NCBI RefSeq assembly: GCF_963678975.1
Contig: NC_089278.1
Span: forward strand, 6,612,531 to 6,676,530
Source of the DNA: Dysidea avara
Lineage: Eukaryota
Length of the DNA stretch: 64,000 nt
Direction: 5' to 3'
In this document: positions 25,801 to 37,230 of the stretch, in pieces
Layout: every line of letters starts with the position of its first letter
Position numbering within the stretch: the stretch's first letter is position 1
Notes under the pieces: generated by a model
What the model saw: the letters and a program-made list of their open reading frames with translations, nothing else
Told to the model about the DNA's origin: nothing
The model's database searches: none
Made by a program: the position numbers and the translations under genes

Positions 25801-27006
25801 CAGGTAGGTGTAAACTAGTCTATATTCACTAACTTACCACTGTGTAGTTTGCAGTGATGGAACATTTCATGTGGCACCCTTTGAGTTTCTTGTGTGACGT
25901 CAACTGCTCCTTATCACAAATGGTTAGTACAATGAGTCATGTTCAGTTTGAAATGGTGAGATCAGTACCCTCCTTTTGAAGGTAACTATGACGACCATTG
26001 TATGTACATTGTGAGTATTTAAACTAGGTACGTGGAGTCTCTTCATGATCCTGTTAAACAACTTGATCTTCTTAAGGATGATGTTAAATTAAAAGTTAGT
26101 AGCAGTAACCAATAGCCTCTCACAGTAGCTACACGTTCACATTTGTAGTCAGTTGTAGTGAACTCCTTAACTGACATAATCCATTACCATCAACACTTGA
26201 CTGTTATGCTGCGTTGTCTTCACATATTGACACATAAGCTACCAGGTGCACCATTAGGTTGTCAGGTTAGTGTTTCTCTTGTTGAATACTGTCTGATTTT
26301 GTGTGTGACTTTAGATTTATGAATTTTACTACCAAAGTCTGTTGGGCAACATCACCGAAAGTGATCACTTTAATTTGGCATGGAAATTTGTGGAGTATGT
26401 CATATTCACAATCACGTACACTGATTGCTGTTGTGTTAGGCTGTTAGCAAGACAACAACTGGAGGAAGGTGTCAATAAATGTATAAAACTATTGAAGCAA
26501 ACTTCAAAGTTAGTGTAGCTACGTGAGTTATAGTAGACTCCCTGCTTAGCATTTATGTTATACTGGTGTTCAAATTTTTTATACATATACACTTAGCTAT
26601 GTTTATGAGAATAAAATTACAAAACATGACCACTAGCTAGCTAGTATAGATTTACCATTTTGACCTAGTACTTCATCATGTTTTGTTGCCTTGTCATTGT
26701 AGTCCACGGTTAACGGAAATAGCTAAAACATTAGAAGATTTCATTCAAGAGTTGGCATCAATTTCTTTTATCACAGATAATGGTACAGTCAGTTTACCTG
26801 TTTATCTTGTGTTGTTAAGTGTCTGTATGTAGATAAACAAATTGTGCATAGATCTAATAAAGGACCAAAAAAGGTAATGAAGTAATAATTCACGGAACAA
26901 TAATAGTTACATCATATTACTCTCTAGAAAACTCACCCAACGGTATTCGAAGACATTAGGAGAAGGCTTGTAGATTATTTGCTGGATGTGTTTCAGTTAG
27001 TCAACT

Positions 27007-27291
27007 ATAATCATAGTCTCGTGCCCAGACCCCACCCACTGCGTTGAATAGAGTCTGGTGACTTACGCTATGTTTTTGGGCCCGCCGCCATATTGTTTAC
27101 GCATTTGTATCCATAGCTGTAGTCAGCCATTTTCCTAGTTCCAGCCTATCAAATCGCGTTGTACCTGAATCAAGGCGTCCGATTGGTCAGAAAAGAAAAA
27201 TGGCGTAGGGCCCAAAACTCCTGCGAATGTCACCAGACCCTATTCAATGCAGTGGGTGGGGTCTGGGCACGAGACTACTATAATCATGACA
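27007..27291. mobile_element. MITE with about 55-bp terminal inverted repeats (AGTCTCGTGCCCAGACCCCACCCACTGCGTTGAATAGAGTCTGGTGAC) and a 9-10 bp target-site duplication (CTATAATCAT); Mutator-like (MULE-derived)
   Basis: Left flank …aactataatcat|agtctcgtg. Right flank cacgagact|actataatcat|gac. The arms are exact reverse complements. Confidence 0.8.
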
Positions 27292-28465
27292 TAATAAATG
27301 GTGTACATTTAATAGGAAACATTTACGTCACATTGGTACATTCCCACTACATGAAATATTTTACTTTAACCAGTCATCATGGCTAAGAAGGGTAAGATTT
27401 ATCTAATTTAATTTTCAAGTAGCAATTTAGTGGTACAAGGGAAACCACCTTTAGGCCATGGCCTTAATAGGCAGGTGGCTGCTTTTTACAGGTGGAGTAC
27501 TGTACAAATTTCTCACTCGGGTAATCTATTTGGTATTTAAAATGGATGGGTGGCTGCTAAAGAAGACAAGTTCCACTATCTATGGCTATAAATTTTGTCA
27601 TACTTGTGTAGCATCTCAACCCAGTGATCAGCAGTACCATGCACAGAGCTCTCTAACCCTTCAATATATCTACCAGTAAGTTAGCAGCAGCAGCACATTA
27701 AGTGGTGTGTCTAGCATGCGTATAGTCTGCAGGTGATGTTATAATGGTGAGGAGAGCAGCATTGACCGTAACATGCCTGATGTGTCCATAGTGTACTTAC
27801 TGCACTTGGAATGTACAGGCAAACTGATTAACACTCATGACTGGATGAAGGTTATTGTCTAACGTTAAGTGCAATTCTTATATATTTCTTGTAGGCATTT
27901 GTCTCCGTCATGTCTTCTGATAGTAGTGAAATGGATGATGAGTCACTACAGTATCCTTACTATTCTACATTCTCCTCTCCTTTGCTGTGACTGACCTTGA
28001 CAAGTTGCAGTGAACGGTTTCACTCTGCAGTGGCACAGCTTCAATTCATGGGGTTTGTTAGACCAGCCAGAAGGAAGAAAGACCACATGCAAAGACTCAC
28101 CTGGTATAACTGATCACAGAAGAACCTCATTGTGTTTATGTAATGGCTAAATGAACTTTATCTATGTTGACCTGTGGGTAGATTCTATGCATGTGATGTT
28201 TGTTTAATTGGGCGTGTACTTTCATTGTTTGTTTGTGGTATTTAAAGAGGTGTCTTTCTAGCCAATGATATCATAATTGGCTAGAATTGGAGGGATTTTT
28301 CCCCTTAGTTTGGCCCCTTTTCTGTTACACCTTTCAGTCACTAGGTCAAGTCATTAGGTCTAAGTCCTTGAAATTAGGTTAGGTAATCCTAAGGCTGCAG
28401 CACATGTTGCTGTCAGACCTTCAGTGCTGGTCACTGTAAAGTGCTAATAATAATAATAAATGTTG

Positions 28466-28860
28466 TTTATCCTTGTTAGTATAGCTGGGGCCCTGCCCAC
28501 TATAAAACCTCCACTCAGTGGAGGTTTTATAGTGGACAGGGCCCCAGTTGTACTAACAAGTGTAGTTTGGTATTATACAGCAAGTCCAGTGTTGGGGGTA
28601 ACGCGTTACATAATAATTATTGCTTTTGTGGTAACGAAGTAATATAACAAAATATGCTGTAAAAACAGGTAATATAGCTGGGGCCCTGCCCACTATAAAA
28701 CCTCCACTCAGTGGAGGTTTTATAGTGGGCAGGGCCCCAGCTGTACTAACAAGCGTAGTTTGGTATTATACAGCAACCAGTGTTGGGGGTAACGCGTTAC
28801 ATAATAATTATTACTTTTGTGGTAACGAAGTAATATAACAAAATATGCTGTAAGAACAGG
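28466..28860. repeat. Tandem duplication, 2 copies of about 195 bp, each containing a perfect hairpin GCTGGGGCCCTGCCCACTATAAAACCTCCACTCAGTGGAGGTTTTATAGTGGACAGGGCCCCAG
   Basis: 28466-28660 is nearly identical to 28664-28858. The hairpin was read directly. Confidence 0.85.
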
Positions 28861-29516
28861 TAATGTAACTCAAGTTACTTTACTTGCAATGTAACGTGTT
28901 ACCTAAGTATTGAAGTTACTGTAACGAGTCTAATATTACATAATATTCTTTAAGTAACAAAGTTACTGATTTAGTTAGTAATCCATTGAGTAACGCTTAG
29001 CCACTACAAAGTAACGAAGCCTACTGAATGAAACTTATTCACCAGCTTCTTGCTTATAACGAAGATTTGCACATTGTCCAACAACGCAATAATGTCACGT
29101 GATTATTATTATTATTATTAGCACTTTACAGTGACCAGCACTGAAGGTCTATGATAAAGTGGTAGTTTCACACGTGACAGCTTAAAGCTATGTAATATTA
29201 TTATAGTTACTTTATTATATGGGTAATATGTAACTGTAACTAAATAGTTCAGTTGTAAATAATATGTAACGAGCTACATTTTAAAAGTAACTGTCCCAAC
29301 ACTGACAGCAACTGTTGAGGAGAGTGTAGTGTGTACAGGATATCTGGTTATCAGGCTTGTATGAAACATCAAATTCCTGCTATAAGACTATCACCAAGAG
29401 GTAACAATAGTAGGGATGCCTTGCCATCACAATAGGCAGTCAACAAGGAAGCTGCCAAGAAATCTAAACCTAGTAAGAAACATGTAGCCAGGCAAGAAGA
29501 GAATAGTGATGTTGAT

Positions 29517-30263
29517 TATTATTATTATTATTTATTACAGGTAATTTATAAGGCTAAACAGCCTGTTACACCTGATCAACAGGTAAAAAAAGTACAAGTA
29601 GACTAATTACATACATTTATACATAGTGTTAGATGAATATTGGTCAATCAATTTCTTAAAATCATCAACTGATGCTGCACATGCTACTTCTTGGGGTAAA
29701 TTATTCCATGGTTCAACAACTCTTCTTGTAAAAAAATATTTCCTGGCATCTGTTCTTGAAAAATATTTAAATAGCTTAAATGTATGACCTCTGGTATGGG
29801 TAATGGGTGAAAAAGTAAAAAAATCAGAATGGTCTATATCATACTTATCATGTAGCATATTGTAGACAGCAATCATGTCACCTCTATAACGTCTATAATG
29901 TAATGATGGCAAGTGAAGTACTTTCAATCGTTCCTCGTAGTCAAGATTTCTTATAGATTTGATCATTCTAGTTGCTTTCCATTGGATTTTTTCTAATTTT
30001 TGGATGTCTGTTTTATAGTGAGGTCCCCAAACCAAGTTACCATATTCTAAAATAGGACGTACTATTGATTTGTATAAACATGTAAATGAATCTACAGAAA
30101 TATCCAAAAAGGTCTGTTTAATAAGGCCAAGAAGTCTATTAGCCTTATTAACCACTGCCGAACACTGACTATGAAACTTGAGATTGCAATCAATCAACAC
30201 CCCCAAATCCTTTTCCTCATTTACCTTAACAATATCCATCCCATCCATCAATGTGCCCTCTGT
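29517..30263 (-). mobile_element. 5'-truncated non-LTR retrotransposon (LINE) 3' fragment with a (TAA)n tail, inserted into copy 1 of the orphan gene. The ORF 29607-30251 encodes the reverse-transcriptase C-terminal / post-RT region.
   Basis: ORF '…LYKSIVRPILEYGNLVWGPHYKTDIQKLEKIQWKATRMI…' is typical of the CR1/RTE/Jockey-type RT C-terminus. The minus-strand 3' end reads …cctgtaataaataataataataataatc. The insertion is absent from the paralogous site at 32760. Confidence 0.8.
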
Positions 30264-31399
30264 GGTAAAAGAACTGAAGTTTGATCTTGATAAGCCATTG
30301 AGGCATGCTTTAGAGCAAGTGTTTAATCATCAAGGTACAGTGGTGCTGACATTTCAAGGTTCATCATATGATCAGGTTGTGTAAAATGAGCTGTTGTACT
30401 TCTATTATGCTTGTACCAATCAACAGGTATCAGAATATGCTGATAATATCATATCTAGCTATAAACCACCAAGAGTAACTAGATCGATGAAATGCCATTT
30501 CACTGATTGTACAGTATGTTTTCTTTTCTTTTTTTAAGTAACCATTAATGTGTTATAACAGCTAGACACAACTGACTCAGTTGAGGAAATCAAAGTAGAG
30601 GTTGTGGAGGTGCTGATTTCAAACATTCCATCTTATGTACGTTGATCATTTGTTGGATGTGTGCAAGTTTTCGTCTACTCAATAGAAAAGAAAACTTAAA
30701 GAAGAATTTGGAAAACGTCAATTGATTCCTAAAATGACTGTGCATGGTCTCTCTGAAGACAACACTACCACCACCTCGCGTGTAGTAGGTGCAGTTACTG
30801 GTGGTGGACAGCAGGTTCTGACAATTGACACACAAGGTAGACCAGTGTTTTTCAAGGATTGTGAGCCAGCTGTCCCTCTTGATATACGAATAATATATAT
30901 CACTAAGATTTGGGTTTTCCAGCCACCAAAGAAACCTGACACTACACTAGTGTGTTGGTCAAACCAATGTATAGAGCTACAAGCAGTCCCAAATGTTTCT
31001 AAGAAATTAAATATTTTCAAACTGTAGGTGAAAGTTGCCACCGTATGTGTGTAGTGTGTATGTACATTGTTGCGTGCGTGTGTGGGGTGGGGGGTGGTTC
31101 AGTGCTTCTAAGTGCTACGCAGTCAGTGCCTCTCTTTGGCAAACTCCAGGCAACAGTATTTGTACTGGCCAAACTGACTATTAGAAGCTTACGAGTTTAG
31201 AGTTTGTGCACTGATGATGTCACTTAGTTCATACCAATCTCGTGCCCCTGCTAAGGTTTTGCAAGCCTTTCAGGGTAACCAACTTAGCTATGCACTTAGA
31301 GAGCAAAAACAGCTGTTTTCATAGCTAATACCTGGCATGTTCGCTCAATGGTGGATGTTACTGGTCCCATTGAAATTGCTGCCCAAAGACCTGGCAATC

Positions 31400-31401
<2 letters not shown>

Positions 31402-31446
<45 letters not shown>

Positions 31447-31490
31447 CATGCATGCGCGTGTGTGTGTTTATGTGTGTGCATGTGCGTGTA
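31402..31490. repeat. (GT)n microsatellite followed by GT/GC-rich degenerate repeats
   Basis: Direct reading. Confidence 0.9.
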
Positions 31491-33044
31491 CCTCTAAAGT
31501 CCTGTAGGTCAAAATGGTTTTTCCCCCTTGATGAAGTTTCGTTGTCAAAGTACAATTGTAGATACTACAATACATGCTCATCAACTAAAATTATTATTAA
31601 GCTAGTAGCATTATTAACAGCAGAAATTTGTATAAACTTTTCATCATTCCATTTCATACACTTCTGCGTTTCTTAGAGTGGAATATCAACACTCATCTCG
31701 CCAATCACAGAGTATTATTTGGATCAATTTGAGTACACTTCTGCCAATTAGATATGAAGTAATCGAGAACCAATTTTATATGCAAACTATCCAGAGACAT
31801 CACTACAACCAGCAACACCGATCACTGGTGGTGGTGATGATCCACCAACTGATGATGACTTTAAACCATCAACTGATGACCCTGATGATGGAGTAAGTTG
31901 ATGTGTTTTAAAATAAAATAAAAATTGTGCGGAACAGTCCACGTGCACTATCAGATCCATTCTACTACATTCCGAAGATCATTGACAAGGATGATTTTAA
32001 TTATCATGTACATGGAGGTGGGCATGGGGCAATAATATATCCTGTACTAGGTGGCTCAACCAATAATAGGATTAGCAAGGGACTGAAAATAGACAGTTCT
32101 GGTAACAGACTCGCCATACTTGATACCTCTGTTCTAAAGTTTGATATAAACATTTATCCAATTGATGACGATGTGGGCATTCAGTGATGATGAAGGTCCA
32201 GCACAAGAACTAGTTGTTTTAAAACACTTTTACACATTTTGCTAGTGTATATTGCGTGCGTGTGTGTGTGTGCGTGTGTGTATTTATAACCACTACATGC
32301 ATGTGATCTCATTGATTGTTGGTCCTCCCTCCCCTCAGGTAGTAGTGATGGTCACTGTTTAGTCTACTTCTCGGTTCTAAGCTTGTAACTGTCTGGTCAG
32401 TTGTACATGTCTTATGTTTATATAGTATATGTAATAGCTAATATAGACTTTAACCAAGTTGTGCATGTGTTTAATTGGGCATGTTCTTTCATTGTTTGTT
32501 TGTGGTATTTAAAGAGGCGTCATTCTAGCCAATGATATCATAATAAATATTGTTTATCCTTATTAGTATAGCTGGGCCTTGCTCACTATAAAACCTCCAC
32601 TGTAGTTTTGTTCATTCTTTGTCTAACTGTTGAGGAGAGTAGTGTTCAGGATGTCTGGTTATCAGGCTTGTATGAGACATGAAATTCCTGCTATAAGACT
32701 ATCATGTCAACAAGCAGTGAGTAATAAGAGTGTAGCCAGACAAGAAGAGGATGGTGATAATGTGCCTCCTGTGGCAGAAAAACTGCAGCTTGATCTTGAT
32801 AAGCCATTGAGACATGCTTTAGAGCAAGTGTTTAATCATCAAGGTACAGTGGTGCTGACATTTCAAGGTTCATCATATGATCAGGTTGTGTAAAATGAGC
32901 TGTTGTACTTCTATTATGCTTGTACCAATCATCAGGTATCAGAATATGCTGAAAATATCAGATCTCATTTTAAAAGCTATAAACCACCAAGGGAATGCCA
33001 TTTCACTACAGTATGTTTTTAAATTGTATATAATATGTTAGAGT

Positions 33045-33665
33045 TAAAGCACCGCCGCGCGTGTGTACGGAAAATACAGTACGAGGGGGTGCATGTGTCG
33101 AGAGGCTTGCTGTATTTGCCTCGAGACACCCCCCGAGTACTGTATTTTTCGTACACACAAGCAAGGCGGTGCTTTAAGTGTTATATTGTACTTCCTGGTC
33201 GCGTCTGGCTTGGAGCGATTTTCTCTAGTACTCAAACCGCTGCGATTTTCGGTGATAAGGATATCAGTAAGTGTTTAACCAATCTATTTCTAGTCGTAGA
33301 ACGACCTAATAGGATTAGTTTGGCTAGTTTTATCGATTTACAATGTCACGCACGTGATCAATCGTGCTGTCTTAGTGGAGCCGTGTTTAAAAAGCTTCGT
33401 GATCAGACGATCAGTAAGTGTTTATACAATCTATTCCTAGCCGTAGAACGAACTCTTAGGATTAGTTTGGCTGGTTTTAGCGATTTACAGTGTTGTTTAC
33501 GTAACATTCCACAAATAAATTCTCCGCATAACTGTACTGTGTTTGCCCAAGTGTGCTGCATTTGCCCAATTAAGCGCATAACTGTACTGTATGACTTACA
33601 GTACAGTTATGCAGCTGATTAGTACTGTATGGACAATACGATACGCGGCATCGCTTTGATCCTCC
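33045..33665. repeat. Composite repeat. Left: a CpG-rich palindromic terminus (33045-33185). Middle: two tandem copies of about 150 bp (33262-33400 and 33410-33510). Right: a terminus with ATAACTGTACTGT repeats and a hairpin (33525-33650).
   Basis: aaagcaccgccgcgcgtgtgtacggaaaatacagtac … gtactgtatttttcgtacacacaagcaaggcggtgcttt is a near-palindrome. The tandem units aaggatatcagtaagtgtttaaccaatctatttctagtcgtagaacgacc… and agacgatcagtaagtgtttatacaatctattcctagccgtagaacgaac… are similar to each other. The 195-aa ORF at 33035-33622 lies wholly inside this repeat and is not treated as a gene. Confidence 0.7.
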
Positions 33666-33869
33666 CACACAAAGTACAATATATAAGTACAATATTTTAT
33701 AGTTATATTCTACACCCCAGTAGATGAAAACGATTATAGATAGTAAGTTATAGTGAAACAGCACCTCCTGGAGATGGAAATCAATAGAAATTCTTGGTGG
33801 ATCAGACGTTTTACACTTTTAACGATGCCACGCCCACATAGTCGCGATTAGTTGTTTTTTTTCCAGTGT

Positions 33870-36184
33870 CATGATTATTATTATTATTATTACTAGGACC
33901 GCGTCACATACAACCAAGTACATACACCAACGTGACAGCCCTCCTGGTGAGGCTATTAGGTGGTGAAGGCATGATCCCCTCAATATGTCACAGTGGTGAC
34001 AGATAAAACACAATAGTGGCATCGTAACTAAAGGCCACCAGTAGCTAAGTGCCAGTACATCATTGTTGTGGTAATGGCACAGTGATGTGTACACAGTATA
34101 TGTAATTATGTATACAAAATGTACAGGAGAGAACTATGCATTATTGTATGCAGCAATACATTATAGGCAATATCAAATTATTAGCCAATATACAGTAAAG
34201 TATCAACATCAACTAGAACTAAATAAGGTTCATCAGTGGTGAAGCAATGGCACAGTAACGGGTGACACACTATAATTATGCATACACAACTTGCAGGAGA
34301 TAGCTACACAATACCGTAGGAGTATGCAAGCCAGATGAATCAGATAAAAAAAAAGACAGCCAAGCCAGCCAGAACCTAGTAGCTAGCTAGCAAAGCCAGG
34401 TGAAGGCAAAAAAGATTAAGCATGTATTGAATTGCCTGACACCAACACAAAGGACGTTCGCCATGCCAGCTGCACAAGACAAGATTGTTTACATGTATTG
34501 TAAAGAGAGTGGCATGTGTTTTAATGTATTCTTGTATTGTTAATTAACTTTTTATGTGACTGGCAGCTGGCATGGAGACTTGAGACGTTACAAACATAAA
34601 AACTTACTTGTAATCTTCTTGTTTACGTGTATAAAGTGGCCTTTCCCTCTCCTGAGGTCACTTCACGGACATTCGCTAACCTTCTCCTTCGCCCAATCTG
34701 TAAATAAGCAAGGGTGTGGTGCTGGGCGTTATATAGAATTACACGTATGGTCAAGTCATCAGCACGAATGGGCGCAACGATTATACGTTTGTGCCTTCGT
34801 TCACAGGCGAATCGATCCCCGGTTAGTTTACGTCTCTAGGCCTCGTAGTTTTCTCAAACATTAATTATTAATTATTTATTTATTTATGACGTAATTTTAA
34901 CCGCGTTTCGTATTTTTCTTAGTACTTGGTTGTATAATTATTTTTTTTTTTACAAATTAATGACACAAGAAGTACATAATAAACAAAAACAAATTATCTC
35001 AGTTACATATGGGCCTCAGCGACCTGCACAGCAATCGGTGCCTCAGCAATGGGACAGCACAAACTGGACCTGGCACCACGAATGCACATAATTGCAGACC
35101 TCAACAAAGAGAAGCTCAATTTACATCTCAGCCATCCCATCACTATTCCATAGGAAAGACTGTGCTTTGCACTCAAAAGGTTGGCCAATCTCTTATAAAA
35201 CTGAGTAGCAGCATCACCCATTCCACCAGTAGTAGTAAAAATTAAGGGAGTAAATGAGGCATTCTCTACTTCATGAACCCGTTGTTGGTATTCACGTCTC
35301 TTTTCCTTGTCATGACGTCGGTATGCAGAGTGTAGGGGTTGATTTGAGGGTGCACTAGGGTTAAAAATTCTGACATCAAAGTATGACCTCTCAAATCGTC
35401 TTCCCCAAAAACCATTAGCTGCAATGTCAAGCCTTGCGTTATCATCACGATTAGCTGTTTTGTATTGAAGGGTCTCACCAGAAAGAGGCTGAAGGTGGGG
35501 TTCAGTGACAACATTGTTACAGACCTCGGAAAGTAAATTGGTAGTTAGATCACGCACTTCATTATGTCTCAGAGAAGGAAACCCGCCCTTTGGGCAAGAC
35601 AGAGCATGTTCTATGGTAAAAGAGTGACCACAGGCACAGGAAGTAGGGCAGGCAGATGGTAGCCAATGATAGCGAAGCGCAATTGCATCACGAAAAGCAG
35701 TTTTATGAAACACAAAATTATGCGACTTCAATGGAAGACAAGAGAGCCAATTCGATGCACCCTCCTCCTGAGCCAACATGACTGAGGAACGCATGCTAGG
35801 AGGAAGTTCATCGAACAAATGATTGGCAGATTGAAGTTGCTCTTGATGGCTCCTAGAGTGAAACTTGGATCGCAACTGAACCTGTGCATCAAGACAGTCA
35901 CCTAGTTGATGTACCTGAGAGATAATCAAGCCAACGAGACCAGCATTTACTTCTACAGAGCAGGAACGCTGCTGTGACACAACAATCGAAGGATCAAAAA
36001 CACCAAGGCCTCCTAGCCGCACAGGCAAGGCAAATAGCTTTCTCTCAACATCACCAGGGACAGTTCGACCCAATAGACTAGGAAGGAAAACAGATTTAAC
36101 AAAATGCTCAAGAGGAAGGAAAAGGTCTGTAGAACAAGAAGAAACACGAAAAAATAGTTCCATCGGAAAGAGAGACCATGACAA
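33870..36184 (-). mobile_element. 5'-truncated LINE-like retroelement. ORF 35003-36184 (393 aa) carries a CCHC zinc-finger-like motif (CACGHSFTIEHALSCPKGG…RHNEVRD) and a restriction-endonuclease-like PD-(D/E)xK region (ARLDIAANGFW…SYFDVRIFNP). A long 3' region holds an internal tandem repeat of about 190 bp (34040-34330) and ends in a (TAA)n tail at 33872-33895.
   Basis: Motifs were read in the translation. The minus-strand terminus …gtatgtacttggttgtatgtgacgcggtcctagtaataataataataatcatg shares TACTTGGTT-TGTGAC with the SINE 3' end at 20003-20022. No RT domain lies upstream; a MITE at 36311-36758 abuts the ORF start. Whether 33870-35002 is one continuous 3'UTR or includes a separate SINE insertion cannot be settled from the sequence. 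Confidence 0.6.
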
Positions 36185-36310
36185 AAAGTCGCGATTAGTG
36201 AGTTATCCACGAAGGAGACAAGAGTTCATCGAAACTTGTTCCAGTTCCTGAGGTGAATAATTATTGGTTGATTTAGGCGCTTGTTATTAGAGACTTGTTT
36301 ACCCTTTAGG

Positions 36311-36758
36311 CCCCTATTTGGTGATTATTAGTTTCTCATCCAGCCTTTCTAATTATTATGATGCGGGCGGGAGGGTATTACCATTATACCATTATTTTAT
36401 AATATTAACACACTGATGTACAGACCTTGTCCAAATTGTCTTTCTTTCTTATTACAAACATTTCCTTCACCAGCTGATTCTACTTTTCGTGATCGCCAAC
36501 TGTTTTTCGACAGTAAACTGAAAGCCTGCTTTGATGAAGTCGATAGAACACGATTGCAACTGGCACTGCAGCAATTTGCTAAGGAAACAATAGTTCTCCT
36601 GGCGATATATAGCGCATTGTAGCGTTCACCAACAAAAAATTGGAACAGTTTGGTATCACGTGTTCTTCTGAGCATGCACAGAGTAAAATAATGGCTTACC
36701 ATGCGGTAGCTTAAGAAGGATGCGGGCGGTGGATGAGAAACTAATAATCACCAAATAG
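36311..36758. mobile_element. MITE with about 33-bp terminal inverted repeats (GGCCCCTATTTGGTGATTATTAGTTTCTCATCC); related termini at 57960-58030
   Basis: 36311-36343 is the reverse complement of 36726-36758. The subterminal GATGCGGGCGG(G/T)… motifs are also inverted. Confidence 0.8.
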
Positions 36759-36789
36759 GGGCCTTAGTTAGACTCTATTTAGGCCGTTT

Positions 36790-37230
36790 TGGGTGGGTAA
36801 TAAATCTCATATACTCCACCTTGTTTTCTAATATACTCCACGCCTTCAGGCACAATATAACATATACTCAAAATCTAGGTTTATCCAATCGCTATGCATT
36901 GTTCACGTGCAGTGATTTGGCGAGCATGATTATTTTGTCACGTGAAGCCGCATAGTTGCCATGGCACTAGTATTATCGTAAGAAAACCAGCTGGTTTTTC
37001 CGAGCCTACAGCAGAAACAGCCGTGGATGAGGTAAGTAATCTGAGTGTAATGTGAAATAGAGTCTAAAGCAGTTATACGGGCACAATGTGGAGTCTATGA
37101 AATTTATAAACCCTCAGGCCCTTAGTAGCGCCCTCGCTTCGCTCATGCCCTACAGCCCGGGCCTTCGGGTTTATAAATTTCATAGACTCCACATTGTGCC
37201 CGTATAACTATTATATAAGGATTTCGCGGA
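36790..37230. repeat. Solo arm of the 19.3 kb foldback element plus a shared flank (homologous to 19800-19965 and 20147-20300). The flank contains a foldback GTTATACGGGCACAATGTGGAGTCTATGAAATTTATAAACCC…GGGTTTATAAATTTCATAGACTCCACATTGTGCCCGTATAAC.
   Basis: Direct comparison: cgctatgc.ttcttcacgtgcagtgattt…gcatagttgccatggc.ctagtattatcgtaagaaaaccagc, then ccgagcctacagcagaaacagccgtggatgaggtaagtaatctgagtgtaatgtgaaatagagtctaaagcag in both loci. Confidence 0.75.

Larger units (their letters stand above)
28190..32440 (+). other. Tandem-duplication unit 1 of a lineage-specific multi-exon gene. Copy 1 layout: 5' region X 29336-30385 (interrupted by a LINE fragment at 29517-30263); exon a 30562-30636; exon b 30686-30884 (its GT donor is mutated to TA, and read-through reaches a stop at 31027); exon d 31679-31892; exon e 31938-32187 (stop TGA).
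   Basis: Paralogous to 32440-39270. 28190-28290 plus 28455-28520 match 32465-32600. 29310-29516 plus 30264-30530 match 32615-33030. 30560-31030 match 37770-38210. 31660-32190 match 38430-38940. The 3'UTR 32190-32440 matches 38940-39270. Exon a differs from its paralog mainly by synonymous changes: VEEIKVEVVEVLISNIPSY versus IEEIKVEVVEALISNIPSF. Confidence 0.45.

Noticed and set aside
33262-33510. Direct repeats with unique-looking spacers, considered as a CRISPR-like array
   Set aside because: There are only two copies of about 150 bp, in a eukaryotic nuclear context, embedded in a larger palindromic transposable-element-like structure. It is a tandem duplication, not a CRISPR array.
33035-33622. 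195-aa plus-strand ORF
   Set aside because: It lies entirely within a palindromic, tandem-repeat composite element. The amino-acid sequence is repeat-driven (duplicated 150-bp unit) with no recognisable domain.
35003-36184. 393-aa ORF, the longest in the window, as a candidate cellular gene
   Set aside because: It carries CCHC and PD-(D/E)xK retrotransposon-endonuclease motifs. It is followed by a (TAA)n-tailed 3' region shared with SINE-like elements and has no introns. It is annotated as a LINE fragment instead.
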